DNA of 64,000 bases from an uncultured Chloroflexia bacterium (GTDB lineage Bacteria > Chloroflexota > Anaerolineae > Anaerolineales > UBA4823). Where the stretch lies: positions 305,107 to 369,106 of the forward strand of contig CAWBYY010000004.1 in NCBI GenBank assembly GCA_963793095.1. Direction: 5' to 3'. Under the pieces are notes generated by a model. The model was given only the letters and a program-made list of their open reading frames with translations, was not told the origin of the DNA and ran no database searches. Below are positions 29,057 through 39,061 of the stretch, piece after piece; positions within the stretch are counted from its first letter, which is position 1, and each line of letters starts with the position of its first letter. The position numbers were made by a program, and so were the translations under genes.

Positions 29057-29099
29057 TTTACTGCACACAAACCAATAATTTTTATACCCACGATAACTA

Positions 29100-29354
29100 T
29101 TAGAATATATTACGAATGAACATATTGATTATTTGAAGGATAACAATCAAAATTATCGGGCTGAAATCAAACATGCCAACTGGAGGGATTAATCGGCGGA
29201 TAGGCTTTAACATTGGTTCAACTATCCGGTCAAAAAACTGGCGCACAGGATGATAGGGAGGTATAAAAAATGTCAGCACTGCCTGGATAATTACTACCAG
29301 GATTACCAGTTGGATAAATCTTGAAATGAGATAAGGTATCAACTCCATAATCAA
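29100..29354 (-). CDS. yggT: YggT/YlmG family membrane protein
   Basis: IVEPMLKPIRRLIPPVGMFDFSPII. Confidence 0.92.
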   Translation of the reverse strand: MIMELIPYLISRFIQLVILVVIIQAVLTFFIPPYHPVRQFFDRIVEPMLKPIRRLIPPVGMFDFSPIILIVILQIINMFIRNIF

Positions 29355-29374
29355 TTAACTTCTATCATTTTTGT

Positions 29375-30101
29375 TTATCGAGAGCCCATGATGGCGGTAC
29401 CAATTCTGACAATCGTCGCTCCTTCTTCAACAGCAGTTTCATAATCAGCGCTCATTCCCATCGATAGTTCTATCCATTCATTTTCAGGCAGTGAATGCCT
29501 AAGGTAAGATTGTAATTTTCTCAATTTCTTAAAATAAGGCCGCACTTTTTCCTTATCCAAAAAAAGAGGCGGCATTGTCATCAATCCAGTGACTTCGAGG
29601 TTATCGAGTGAGATTATTTGTTCGATCTGTGGTATTAAACTTTCCCACTTATCTTCCTGCCATGCAGAAAAACCGTACTTTGATTCTTCAGCGCTCAGAT
29701 TAAAATTCAAACAAAACCGGCGCCTTTCTATTAGCCTCGCCTAGAAATCGATCCAGGCGTTTTGCCAGTTTCAGGCTGTCCAAAGATTGTACACAATGAA
29801 AATTTTCGCTAACCAGCCGAGCTTTACGACTTTGTATATGCCCAATCATATGCCATTCTATATCACTGCAATCAGAAAAATGATCAATTTTACCGATCGC
29901 TTCCTGGACATAATTTTCTCCAAAGGTTCGAATTCCAGCATTGTAAGCCTGCTCAATTTTTCCAACGGATTGGCCTTTAGTAACGACTACCAGTTGGACC
30001 TCATCCGGGTTCCTGCCAGATGAGATAGCGGCATTTCCTATTCTCTCCAAAACTTCCCGGTAATTTTTACAGATGGAATTATTATCCAATTTATTTCCCA
30101 A
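29375..30101 (-). CDS. yggS: PLP homeostasis protein YggS/PLPBP; one +1 frameshift
   Basis: LVVVTK, FGENYVQE, WHMIGHIQSRK, GLMTMPP, LSMGMSADY and RIGTAIMG; extra base in the A-run at 29702-29705. Confidence 0.92.
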
Positions 30102-30146
30102 ATTTGAAGAAAAACGTTTTTTATTTGTCCCATATATACCAGATTT

Positions 30147-30944
30147 TTATATATTCAACGCAATCAGAGCTCCAAATCTTCCCGTTTTCCCCTTCTCGCC
30201 GCGATGCGAATACCAATCAGAGGGGGTACAGGCAGTGCAGATTGGAGAGATTTCGATGGTTTTGACACCTGCTGATTTTAAATTATGTTCATTGGCTTTT
30301 TTCAAATCAAACTTTTTTTTCTCCCTGCTTTTACTTGCAGTTTCAAATAAGAAGGTATTTGCTCCAGTTCCATATGAATCTCTAACTGATTTGATAACCT
30401 CCGCGCCAACCTCGTAGTGTTCAGTACAGATTGATGGTCCTATGACGGCAATAATATCTCCAGTTCTTGAGCCGTATTCATGCGACATCTTTTTTACAGT
30501 TTCCGAGGCTATTCTCCCAACTGTTCCCTTCCAACCTGCATGGGTTATTCCGATTACCTTTTTTTCCGGGTCATATAGGAAAATTGGAACGCAGTCAGCA
30601 AACCGCATAAACAGCCCCAGGCCATTTACGTTTGTTATCAACGCATCCGCTTTTTCTATCTCGGTTTTTTTATTTCTTATTGAATTCACTCGAATGACTT
30701 TATTGCTGTGAACCTGCCATACATCAAAAATTCTGCGATTGTCCAATTCAAATGTTTTGAATACTCGTTCTCGGTTTTCAATTACCCGGTTAATGTCATC
30801 GCCGACAGTTAGACCTACATTTAACGTGTTCCAGGGTTCAGGACTGACCCCTCCATGTCTTGTAAAAACACCGTGCAAGATATTATGGCCGTTGAAAATA
30901 TCAAATGTTAAATATCGAGTGTATTCAGTTTGGTGAAAATGCAT
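30147..30944 (-). CDS. pgeF: PgeF/YfiH/YlmD family (laccase-like/purine nucleoside phosphorylase)
   Basis: FTRHGGVS, LNVG, QVHS, ADALIT, FADCVPI, HAGWKG, GPSI, CTAC and SHRG. Confidence 0.93.
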   Translation of the reverse strand: MHFHQTEYTRYLTFDIFNGHNILHGVFTRHGGVSPEPWNTLNVGLTVGDDINRVIENRERVFKTFELDNRRIFDVWQVHSNKVIRVNSIRNKKTEIEKADALITNVNGLGLFMRFADCVPIFLYDPEKKVIGITHAGWKGTVGRIASETVKKMSHEYGSRTGDIIAVIGPSICTEHYEVGAEVIKSVRDSYGTGANTFLFETASKSREKKKFDLKKANEHNLKSAGVKTIEISPICTACTPSDWYSHRGEKGKTGRFGALIALNI

Positions 30945-30987
30945 TTTTTATTGTTATCACCCCGGATAGATATTTATACCCTGAAAT

Positions 30988-31980
30988 TTAAATCCTATCC
31001 TGATGAGTGCGTTTGAATTTTCCTGCTAAAATCTTACGTGTATCAGCCATTGTCTCTTCAATAAGAGGATAGCCAAACCAGGCAGTTGTAAATCCGAATA
31101 AAGCGCCTGTAATAGACCTTAACACAGGTGTGCTCTCCCGATATGGCAGCAAGCTGAATGGAGGCTGGCTGATAATCTGGCTTATGCCGTCCAATCCAAT
31201 AGGCACAATTCCAAATATAATCCAAAGGTACCAGGGAAGTGGTTTTAAACGTTTCCCGCTTAACGCATAAATAAGCCCAAATAATAAAATCGCAGCATAA
31301 GTTGCAATATCGCGCTGGCACAATGCAACCTTATAACCAACATGTTCATCGCCATAATACCCACGGGCGGCAAATATATCGTGGGCTGAATTCCCTTCAC
31401 CTAAACCAGTCGCCTCTGAAAAACCCATCCATTCTTCAAGCCCAGCTTGGGATCTTGGATAAAAAGGTTGATCTCCAAATATAAAGAAAGACCTGAATGA
31501 CAGCTGGTGGCAAACCATACCATACCCGCGATATATCAGCAGGGCAGGTGTTTTATAACCGGATTTCATTAATATGGGGGCAACGAATGGCAGGCCAATA
31601 TAAAAAGCGGCAAGGATATTGAACACTGCCAGGTAATGTTTTGAAAACCAGAATGTAAAATTATCAGCCTTCGTCCAGCTTTCAGGCTTGCGGACTATAG
31701 CGTTTTTTCCTCGGATCTCTTGCGGATGTTTTTCAGAAACTTCCTGAACAGCCAGTAATGTTCTCGTGATATCTTCATTTTTAAAAGGTGCTTTTAACTG
31801 ATACGAACCCACCTCAAGAACCGGAATGCTCTCTCCATATGTTCTTTTCAAATCTGGATCGCTATCAATATTGACAATTGTTAACTTATGTGGAATTTGA
31901 TTTTCCAGTGAGCTTAAATGTTCAATTGCTTCATCACATAAGTGGCATTCATTACGGCTGAAAAGCACAACCTCTATCAT
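30988..31980 (-). CDS. Glutaredoxin-like (CHLC) domain fused to DUF2085 membrane domain
   Basis: N-terminal FSRNECHLC...SIPVL; C-terminal MVCHQLSFRSF, ALCQRD, PIGLDGISQ and RSITGALFG. Confidence 0.75.
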   Translation of the reverse strand: MIEVVLFSRNECHLCDEAIEHLSSLENQIPHKLTIVNIDSDPDLKRTYGESIPVLEVGSYQLKAPFKNEDITRTLLAVQEVSEKHPQEIRGKNAIVRKPESWTKADNFTFWFSKHYLAVFNILAAFYIGLPFVAPILMKSGYKTPALLIYRGYGMVCHQLSFRSFFIFGDQPFYPRSQAGLEEWMGFSEATGLGEGNSAHDIFAARGYYGDEHVGYKVALCQRDIATYAAILLFGLIYALSGKRLKPLPWYLWIIFGIVPIGLDGISQIISQPPFSLLPYRESTPVLRSITGALFGFTTAWFGYPLIEETMADTRKILAGKFKRTHQDRI

Positions 31981-32552
31981 TCTGCTCCAATTTTTTCCAT
32001 GTATTTATGGAATTGATCTTCATTCATCACGCCCACATGAAGTGCCTGAATCAATCCCTCCCGGTCTACAAAAAATGTGGTGGGAAAACCAAGAACCTGA
32101 TATTCCAATGCGACATGAGCATCCAAATCATATAAGATTTCGTATGTCAATCCCATTTTTTCAATAAATGGCAACACTTCATCTTCAGATTCTTGATTGT
32201 TTACAGCCAGAATTTCTAAATCAGGGGAATATTCTTCATACATCTCTTGAAACATGGGCATTTCATAGACACACGGACCACACCAAGTCGCCCAGAAGTT
32301 TACAACTACAACCTTTCCCCTTAAATCAGATAGTCTGATGGTTTCCCCCGCGATATTCTGTAATTCAATATCAGGCGCGGGTTTGCCTACTGAGGGGACT
32401 GAAACAGATCCTTCATTACCAGCTGAGATTTCTGCATTTCTATTCCTCAGGATACCTGCGCCTGCAAAGGTAATAAATCCCAGGCCAGCACCAATCAGGA
32501 TACCTACAGTGATTTTATTCAATCCATTTTTTCTGGTGGGGTTTGCCGGCAA
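31977..32552 (-). CDS. Membrane-anchored TlpA/ResA thiol-disulfide oxidoreductase
   Basis: N-terminal TM, GKPAPD, VNFWATWCGPC and cis-Pro FPTTFF. Confidence 0.92.
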   Translation of the reverse strand: MPANPTRKNGLNKITVGILIGAGLGFITFAGAGILRNRNAEISAGNEGSVSVPSVGKPAPDIELQNIAGETIRLSDLRGKVVVVNFWATWCGPCVYEMPMFQEMYEEYSPDLEILAVNNQESEDEVLPFIEKMGLTYEILYDLDAHVALEYQVLGFPTTFFVDREGLIQALHVGVMNEDQFHKYMEKIGAE

Positions 32553-32608
32553 GTTTATTCCTCCAACAGGTTGAAATTTATTTAGTTAATTTTATGCTAT
32601 GCACAAAA

Positions 32609-33520
32609 TCAAGATATCCCATCCGATTCTGCCGGGTCATCCTTGATCATCAAAGACATTGGTAGAGCGATTGGGAATAAACCGGTGCCAAAGAACCACC
32701 AGTCAAGGAATTTCCTCCCTTTTCTGGAAGCGATTACAGCCGGGATTAACCCCAGTAAAATAAGCGCCACAAACAAGATCAGTAACAATCTGCCTAATTC
32801 AAGTTCATTAAATACGCCGAAGAATGTCCCAAAACTTGCCAGTCGTTCAAATCTGCCGGTAAAAAGGAGTACACCAATGATAATTAGCAGTATTCCGCTA
32901 ATTTTTTCAACATAATAAGCCACTTTAGCGTAGCGCCTGATTCCATTTGCAATGATGTCAATTTCCACCGATGCAATCAGGAATGGGACCGCAAGTCCAG
33001 CTGAATAAGCCGCCAGTAACAATCCTCCATGAACGGAAGAACCTCCACTAAGAGAAATCGTTAGAATCGTACCGAGAATTGGTCCCACACAGGGCGACCA
33101 TCCTGCTGAAAAGAAAACACCCATCAAAAATGATGCAAGGTAACCGCGTTTGCGATCGGGTGCAGATTGGGGACGTAAATCATATTCTAAAAATTTTATC
33201 CGGTACATTCCAGTCAAATGGATGCCAAAAATAATTACAACAATGCCGCCAATTTTTGTGAGCCAGTACCGCAGGTCATACAGAATTCCTCCAATGGCGG
33301 AAGCAGCTATACCAAGCAAGATAAAAATAACACTGAAACCCACCACAAATGCCAGCCCATGACTGAACGCAATCCAGGAGTTTTTCCGTTCACCAGAAGC
33401 CACCGACCGGCCACCAAGATATCCAATATAAGCCGGTACCAGGGCAAACACACAGGGTGATAAAAACGACGCCAATCCAGCTAAAAAAGCAAGCCAAATA
33501 CCAATATCTGCTAGCTCCAT
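32609..33520 (-). CDS. ccdA: CcdA transmembrane electron transporter with C-terminal extension
   Basis: SFLSPCVFALVP and AGWSPCVGPILG carry both redox Cys. Confidence 0.92.
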   Translation of the reverse strand: MELADIGIWLAFLAGLASFLSPCVFALVPAYIGYLGGRSVASGERKNSWIAFSHGLAFVVGFSVIFILLGIAASAIGGILYDLRYWLTKIGGIVVIIFGIHLTGMYRIKFLEYDLRPQSAPDRKRGYLASFLMGVFFSAGWSPCVGPILGTILTISLSGGSSVHGGLLLAAYSAGLAVPFLIASVEIDIIANGIRRYAKVAYYVEKISGILLIIIGVLLFTGRFERLASFGTFFGVFNELELGRLLLILFVALILLGLIPAVIASRKGRKFLDWWFFGTGLFPIALPMSLMIKDDPAESDGIS

Positions 33521-33549
33521 AAAGTATTATCTCCAGTAGAGAACAAGGT

Positions 33550-34644
33550 TTAAGTTTGTTCTTTTACAAATACTTTTGTACTGCCTTCACCAGAAATAGT
33601 TATTTCTCCTGGATCCGGTTCAACAACAGGCAATGTCCAGCGGAAGATCCACTTGGCATCCTCCGGATAGGCATTCACACAACCGTGCGATTTAGCGATT
33701 CCATAACTGTTGTGCCAAAAAGTGGAATGAATTGCCATACCTTTTCCAGAAAAAAGGACAGTCCATCCAATCCCAGGTAGATCATAACCGCCACCGGTTG
33801 TACCACCGGTCATATGTACCGATACCAGTTTACGCCAGATAGTGTGATTTCCAACCGGTGTTGCCCATTTATCAGACTGGTTACCTTCTGAATCGTATCT
33901 CCCGCCAGTTGAGACTCTGCAAAAATAGACCTCATTATTTCCCTCGAAACAGGAGAGCGTCTGGTGAAGCAGGTCTACTTCAACTCTTTTATCCTGAACA
34001 TCCGGTGAAAGCGGCGTCATTTCTTCATCACTGATCACTCGCAGCGCTTCCGCCTTCACCCAAAAGATATCCCCAAATGAACCATATTTTTCCATAACCC
34101 GAAACCAGGTCTGGCCAGTCTCATCAACCTTTATTTCATCAACCCACATGATCTGGCTATAGTATAGGCGTGGGGTGTTTGTGTTCTTCAACCAGGGTGA
34201 TCGGGCTGGTGGATTTGCAAGCACCAGATCGACAAAAGGTACACTCACCTCCACCCAAACTCCTTCCGGTTTTGGTAATTCTGACAGCGGTTTATTAGGC
34301 AAATTGTAGACCTGCTGCAGGTTGGGAGCGTATACATAACCTTCGGGGATTTCGACAAATCTTTGATTTATCCAAAGCGGTCTGGAACCGGTTACCTCGC
34401 GCAGCCAGGGAACAACATCGTCTATATTTAATTCTCCAACATCGGGACTTTCGTCGTCTGGATGCAGTTTAATCGGTACTCTGCCATCAAGCACACGTCC
34501 AAGTTTTTCAGCATTTGGAAATTCAACAGTATTACTTCGACTGAACGTGTAAAATAACGAATCTAAAGGTTGAATATAAACCAGACTCAATCCCGCTGCT
34601 GCCGCTTTAATAAATTCACGGCGTGTGATGTTGTTTGCACTCAT
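33550..34644 (-). CDS. Tat-exported L,D-transpeptidase (YkuD domain)
   Basis: ITRREFIK twin-arginine motif, VSTG, TPVG and AIHSTFWHN...SHGCVN. Confidence 0.9.
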   Translation of the reverse strand: MSANNITRREFIKAAAAGLSLVYIQPLDSLFYTFSRSNTVEFPNAEKLGRVLDGRVPIKLHPDDESPDVGELNIDDVVPWLREVTGSRPLWINQRFVEIPEGYVYAPNLQQVYNLPNKPLSELPKPEGVWVEVSVPFVDLVLANPPARSPWLKNTNTPRLYYSQIMWVDEIKVDETGQTWFRVMEKYGSFGDIFWVKAEALRVISDEEMTPLSPDVQDKRVEVDLLHQTLSCFEGNNEVYFCRVSTGGRYDSEGNQSDKWATPVGNHTIWRKLVSVHMTGGTTGGGYDLPGIGWTVLFSGKGMAIHSTFWHNSYGIAKSHGCVNAYPEDAKWIFRWTLPVVEPDPGEITISGEGSTKVFVKEQT

Positions 34645-34661
34645 TTTTTGCTAACCAGGCT

Positions 34662-35768
34662 TTATCCTTCAATTACACCAACTTGTGTACTATTCTCTCC
34701 AGTTACAGTAACATCTACCATTCCTGGATCATACTGAACAGACGGCAGAGACCAGCGGAAAATCCACTTTGCATCCTCAGGATTGCAGTTTACGCAGCCG
34801 TGTGAAACGGGATCGCCAAAGTTATTATGCCAGAATGTTGAATGGATTGCTACTCCGCCGGTTGCGAAAATAGAAGACCACCCAATCCCAGGCAAATCAT
34901 AACCAGCCCCGGTTGTGCCGCCGCTCATCTGCAGGGATATATATTTCCTTGTAAATACATGGCTGCCTGCAGGTGTTTCCCATTTGTCAACTACATTTCC
35001 ATTGATATCAAATTTTGCGCCTGTCGAAACCCTGCAATAATAAACCTCATCATTTCCTTCAAAACAAGACAGGGTTTGATCACTTACATCGACCTGCACA
35101 CGTTTATCTAGCGTTCCTGCATTAATGGGTTGGAGTTCTTCCAAAGTGATTGGACGGAACGCCTCCCCAGCAGCCCATAACATATCCACTCCACCGTAAT
35201 AATTTGGGTTTACCCTATAAAGTGTGTTTCCCTGGGAGTCTTTTCTGATCTGGTCCACCCAGAAAACCTGACTGTAATAAAGCCTTAATGGCAGGCCATC
35301 TTCAAGTTTAAATTTTACCCAAGAATTTGAGGAAGGCTCTTTATCCAGCCTTGCATCCACAAAAGGTACAGTTACCTCTGCCCACATCCCTTTGCCCAAA
35401 CTCGAATCAGGCAACTCAGATATAAGTTGATTAGGACGGTTAAAAACAGGTTGGATGTATGGACCGTAAATATATCCCTCCGGTGTTTCTACCCAACGCT
35501 GGTTGTTGAAGATATAATTCGGCTGATTTCCTACAATTTCCTGGTACCAGGGCAGAACCGCATCCTCATATAAATTCTTGATTGTTTCACTGTTCGGGTC
35601 AGGTTTTAACTTTACTTCCACCATGCCAACGCAAATCCTGCCTAGTTTTTCATCTGCAAAGTTTTTGAATAAAATAGGCAAAGATTTTTCTGGATTATAA
35701 ACTACACCTCCTAACCCTAATCCAGCGATCTTAATAAATTCACGTCGAGTAATTCTGTCCTTCTCCAT
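34662..35768 (-). CDS. Tat-exported L,D-transpeptidase (YkuD domain), tandem paralog
   Basis: ITRREFIK, VSTG, TPAG, GYDLPGIGW and AIHSTFWHN...SHGCVN. Confidence 0.9.
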   Translation of the reverse strand: MEKDRITRREFIKIAGLGLGGVVYNPEKSLPILFKNFADEKLGRICVGMVEVKLKPDPNSETIKNLYEDAVLPWYQEIVGNQPNYIFNNQRWVETPEGYIYGPYIQPVFNRPNQLISELPDSSLGKGMWAEVTVPFVDARLDKEPSSNSWVKFKLEDGLPLRLYYSQVFWVDQIRKDSQGNTLYRVNPNYYGGVDMLWAAGEAFRPITLEELQPINAGTLDKRVQVDVSDQTLSCFEGNDEVYYCRVSTGAKFDINGNVVDKWETPAGSHVFTRKYISLQMSGGTTGAGYDLPGIGWSSIFATGGVAIHSTFWHNNFGDPVSHGCVNCNPEDAKWIFRWSLPSVQYDPGMVDVTVTGENSTQVGVIEG

Positions 35769-35903
35769 GGATTGCTGGTTTATAGTTTTAATGCCTAACC
35801 GAATAAGGATACACTCAAAAAATACACACTCAATAAAAGGACCATAAAATTGGAATTAATATTCAGTGAGAGAAATCAGGTAAAATTTTCGATATTTTAT
35901 GCT

Positions 35904-38366
35904 TTACAGTTTATAACCCTTTATTCGCAGGCTGTTGCTGACTACAAAGATACTGCTAAAAGCCATCGCTCCTGCAGCGAGCATTGGATTTAATAAACCC
36001 ATCGCTGCTGCCGGGATAAGCAGCACATTATAGAAAAAAGCCCAGAACAGGTTCTGTTTTATTGTTTTTAAAGTTTTACGCGAGAGTGAAATGGCATGCG
36101 GCACTCCAATTAAATCACCACTTATCAGGACAATTGGCGCTGCAGCAATTGCCACATCGGTACCAGTTCCGATTGCTATACCTACGTCACTTTCAGCCAG
36201 CGCTGGGGCGTCATTTATACCATCGCCCACCATCGAAACTGATGCACCAGTGGATTTAATTTCTTTTATTTTTTTGGCTTTTTCACCTGGAAGCACTTCC
36301 GCCAGTACTGAATCTACCCCCACCTCTTCTGCGATCGCTTGAGCCGTTCTCAGGTTATCACCGGTTATCATCCACACTTCAAGACCCATTTTGTGCATTT
36401 CACTCACTGCTCTCGCTGACCTCTCCTTTACTGTATCGGCAATTGCCAACAATCCTGCTACATCATCCCCAACAGCGATTAAAACGGCTGTCTTAGCATC
36501 ATTTTGGATTTCTTCAACTTTCTTCTGAAGACCATTTAATCGCAAACCCTGCTCAACCATCATTCTGAAATTTCCAACTCTGATGTTTTTACCTTCAATT
36601 TGAGCTTGAATCCCCATTCCGGATATTGCCTTAAAATTTTCAGGTTGCGATAATGATAAATTAAGATTTTTCGCTTCCGATAGTATCGCCTCACCTAATA
36701 AATGTTCGCTCCCTTGCTCTGCTGATGCGGCCAGCCGTAGTAATTCTGTTTCGTAATATGATTTATCTTCCTGATCTCTGCCCTCTAATAAATAACTGAA
36801 ATTTTCAGAAAGAAATATATCTGTGACTGCAGGTTTACCTTTTGTAATCGTACCGGTCTTATCCAGGACAATTACCCTGACATTTCCAGCCTGTTCCAAA
36901 GCCTCACCATTTTTTATTAGAATACCCGCCTCTGCGCCTTTCCCGGTTCCGACCATCACGGCGGTTGGCGTCGCCAGACCCATCGCACATGGACACGCAA
37001 TCACCAAAACTGCAACCATATTGATAAGAGCCATGGTAAATGCGCTATCTTCAGATCCTGGAGGAACTGGTATTAAAAAATACCAGATTCCAAATGTAAC
37101 CAGCGCGATGACAATTACAATTGGAACAAAAACGGCTGAGACTCTGTCTGCAAGTTTTTGGATCGGCGCTTTGCTGTTCTGGGCTTCCTCTACTAATTTT
37201 ACAATTTGAGCAAGGGTGGTGTCTTTTCCAACCCGCTGTGTTTCAAACTTTATATAGCCAAACTGGTTGATCGTCGCTCCAATAACAGGATCGCCTGGAC
37301 CTTTCTCGACGGGAAGCGATTCTCCGGTGATCATTGATTCATCGACCGAGGTCCGGCCTTCGATAATCTCACCGTCCACTGCTATTTTTTCGCCGGGTCT
37401 GACGATGATGGTATCACCTACTTGAACATCATCCACCTTAGTTATGATCTCCTCGCCGTTCCGTAGGACCCTTGCGTTATTGGGTTGCAGATCAAGAAGA
37501 TTTCGGATAGCGTCGCTTGTTCTCCCGCGAGCACGGGCTTCGAGATATTTTCCGACTTTTATCAGGGTGATTATCACCGCCGAAGTTTCAAAATATACAT
37601 GTCCATCGATAAATCCAAGCACCACCGTTATGGAATAGAAATAAGCTGCGGATGAACCCAACACAATCAATACATCCATATTTGCAGTTCTATTTCGCAG
37701 GGACTTGAAAGCACCGACATAATAATCCCAGCCAACATAAAATTGAACAGGAGTGGCTAAAGCCCACATCAACCAGTTCATCCAAGAAGCATGTTGAATA
37801 TGAGCTGGCAGCAAACCAAAGTCTCGTCCCATCGAAAGAATCAACAGAGGGATTGTAAATACCAGTCCCACGATTAACAATTTTTTCTGGCGTTGGGCTT
37901 CTTTCGCTCTGGCAGCCTGTTCCGCATCCAGGTTATCCATTCCCAGATCAATTACATCGAATCCAAGTGATCTAATTTTTTTTATTACATCTGTTGAGGA
38001 GACCACATTGGGGATAAATTCGATCCTCGCCCGCCCATTCGCTAGATTTACACTTACATTTAACACTCCCTCTATCTGAGCCACACTGCGTTCAATCAGA
38101 CGAGCATCCGAGTCATCGCTCAATCTCTGGATAAGGATTTCGATCTCACCGCTGGCAATTCCATAACCAGCCCGGTCAATCCGGTTTATAAAGTCATCCA
38201 AGTTAGCGATTTCTGGATCGTACAGTATTGCTGCACGCTCAGAAGCCAGGTTGACACTCGCATCTTTTACTCCATCGACTTTTTTCAGGTTACGTTCGAC
38301 GGTTGCAACACAATTAGCGCAAGTCATCCCGGTGATGGGCAGTATCAGGTTTTTTTCTGAAGACAA
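35904..38366 (-). CDS. copA: Cu(I)-exporting P1B-type ATPase
   Basis: [36 protein letters not shown] in TM7 and MAFSS in TM8. Confidence 0.96.
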   Translation of the reverse strand: MSSEKNLILPITGMTCANCVATVERNLKKVDGVKDASVNLASERAAILYDPEIANLDDFINRIDRAGYGIASGEIEILIQRLSDDSDARLIERSVAQIEGVLNVSVNLANGRARIEFIPNVVSSTDVIKKIRSLGFDVIDLGMDNLDAEQAARAKEAQRQKKLLIVGLVFTIPLLILSMGRDFGLLPAHIQHASWMNWLMWALATPVQFYVGWDYYVGAFKSLRNRTANMDVLIVLGSSAAYFYSITVVLGFIDGHVYFETSAVIITLIKVGKYLEARARGRTSDAIRNLLDLQPNNARVLRNGEEIITKVDDVQVGDTIIVRPGEKIAVDGEIIEGRTSVDESMITGESLPVEKGPGDPVIGATINQFGYIKFETQRVGKDTTLAQIVKLVEEAQNSKAPIQKLADRVSAVFVPIVIVIALVTFGIWYFLIPVPPGSEDSAFTMALINMVAVLVIACPCAMGLATPTAVMVGTGKGAEAGILIKNGEALEQAGNVRVIVLDKTGTITKGKPAVTDIFLSENFSYLLEGRDQEDKSYYETELLRLAASAEQGSEHLLGEAILSEAKNLNLSLSQPENFKAISGMGIQAQIEGKNIRVGNFRMMVEQGLRLNGLQKKVEEIQNDAKTAVLIAVGDDVAGLLAIADTVKERSARAVSEMHKMGLEVWMITGDNLRTAQAIAEEVGVDSVLAEVLPGEKAKKIKEIKSTGASVSMVGDGINDAPALAESDVGIAIGTGTDVAIAAAPIVLISGDLIGVPHAISLSRKTLKTIKQNLFWAFFYNVLLIPAAAMGLLNPMLAAGAMAFSSIFVVSNSLRIKGYKL

Positions 38367-38421
38367 ATTTATCCTCTTATTGGTACAATCGCCGCTGGTT
38401 ATTAAGGGAAATTCTGTGAAT

Positions 38422-38625
38422 TTAATCGGCAGGGTAATTTATTTCTTCAAGCAATGATTTAATTATTTCTTCTGTCGCAGGTGGTTCAAAAGTGATGGTT
38501 GCCTGTTTCGTGGATATCTCTGCTTCTACCGATAAAACTCCTGGTAATTCAGATACTTCAGATTTAACTGTATGAACGCAGTGCCCGCATGAAATGTTTG
38601 GAATACTGTATGTTACCGTTGTCAT
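38422..38625 (-). CDS. copZ: Copper chaperone
   Basis: [13 protein letters not shown] motif; start at MTTVTY. Confidence 0.92.
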   Translation of the reverse strand: MTTVTYSIPNISCGHCVHTVKSEVSELPGVLSVEAEISTKQATITFEPPATEEIIKSLLEEINYPAD

Positions 38626-38685
38626 AATAACCTCCAGAATATTTTTTTTGGCTTTTCGCTGATCCTTTGACAATTTCTTTTCAAA

Positions 38686-38964
38686 TCACGTCCTGGTAGC
38701 GGTTTCAAAAACCTCAGCTATTTCCTTCAGAACTCTTTCTCTTTCATCAACATCCTCACCCCGAACTGCGGTTGTTAAACAGGTATCAAGATGCTGTTCA
38801 AGTATTATCGAGCTTACCCGGTTTAATGCTGCCTGAACAGCCTGGATCTGGCGGATAATATCGATACAGTAAACATCATTATCCATCATTCGAATAATTC
38901 CACCAATATGGCCTTCGATATTCTTCAGTCGCTTGAATGCATCTTCGTGTTTCATTTTATCCAC
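38686..38964 (-). CDS. csoR: Copper-sensing repressor
   Basis: RLKNIEGHIGGI, YCIDIIRQI and EQHLDTC (Cys-His-Cys ligands). Confidence 0.92.
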   Translation of the reverse strand: MDKMKHEDAFKRLKNIEGHIGGIIRMMDNDVYCIDIIRQIQAVQAALNRVSSIILEQHLDTCLTTAVRGEDVDERERVLKEIAEVFETATRT

Positions 38965-38981
38965 TCACATACAACCTGGTT

Positions 38982-39008
38982 ATACCCCCCCCATGGGGGT
39001 CGGGATAT
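38982..39008. promoter_or_regulatory. CsoR-type operator (C-tract/G-tract inverted repeat)
   Basis: Minus strand ATATCCCGACCCCCATGGGGGGGGTAT with a perfect core CCCCCATGGGGG (38988-38999), just downstream of the -10. Confidence 0.75.
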
Positions 39009-39036
39009 TTATATCAAATTTTATCCTTTATGTCAA
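39008..39036 (-). promoter_or_regulatory. Promoter of csoR-copZ-copA
   Basis: TTGACA (39036-39031), 17-nt spacer, TATAAA preceded by TG-n. Confidence 0.7.
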
Positions 39037-39061
39037 TTATTCTAACCCTTTTTTTATAATT

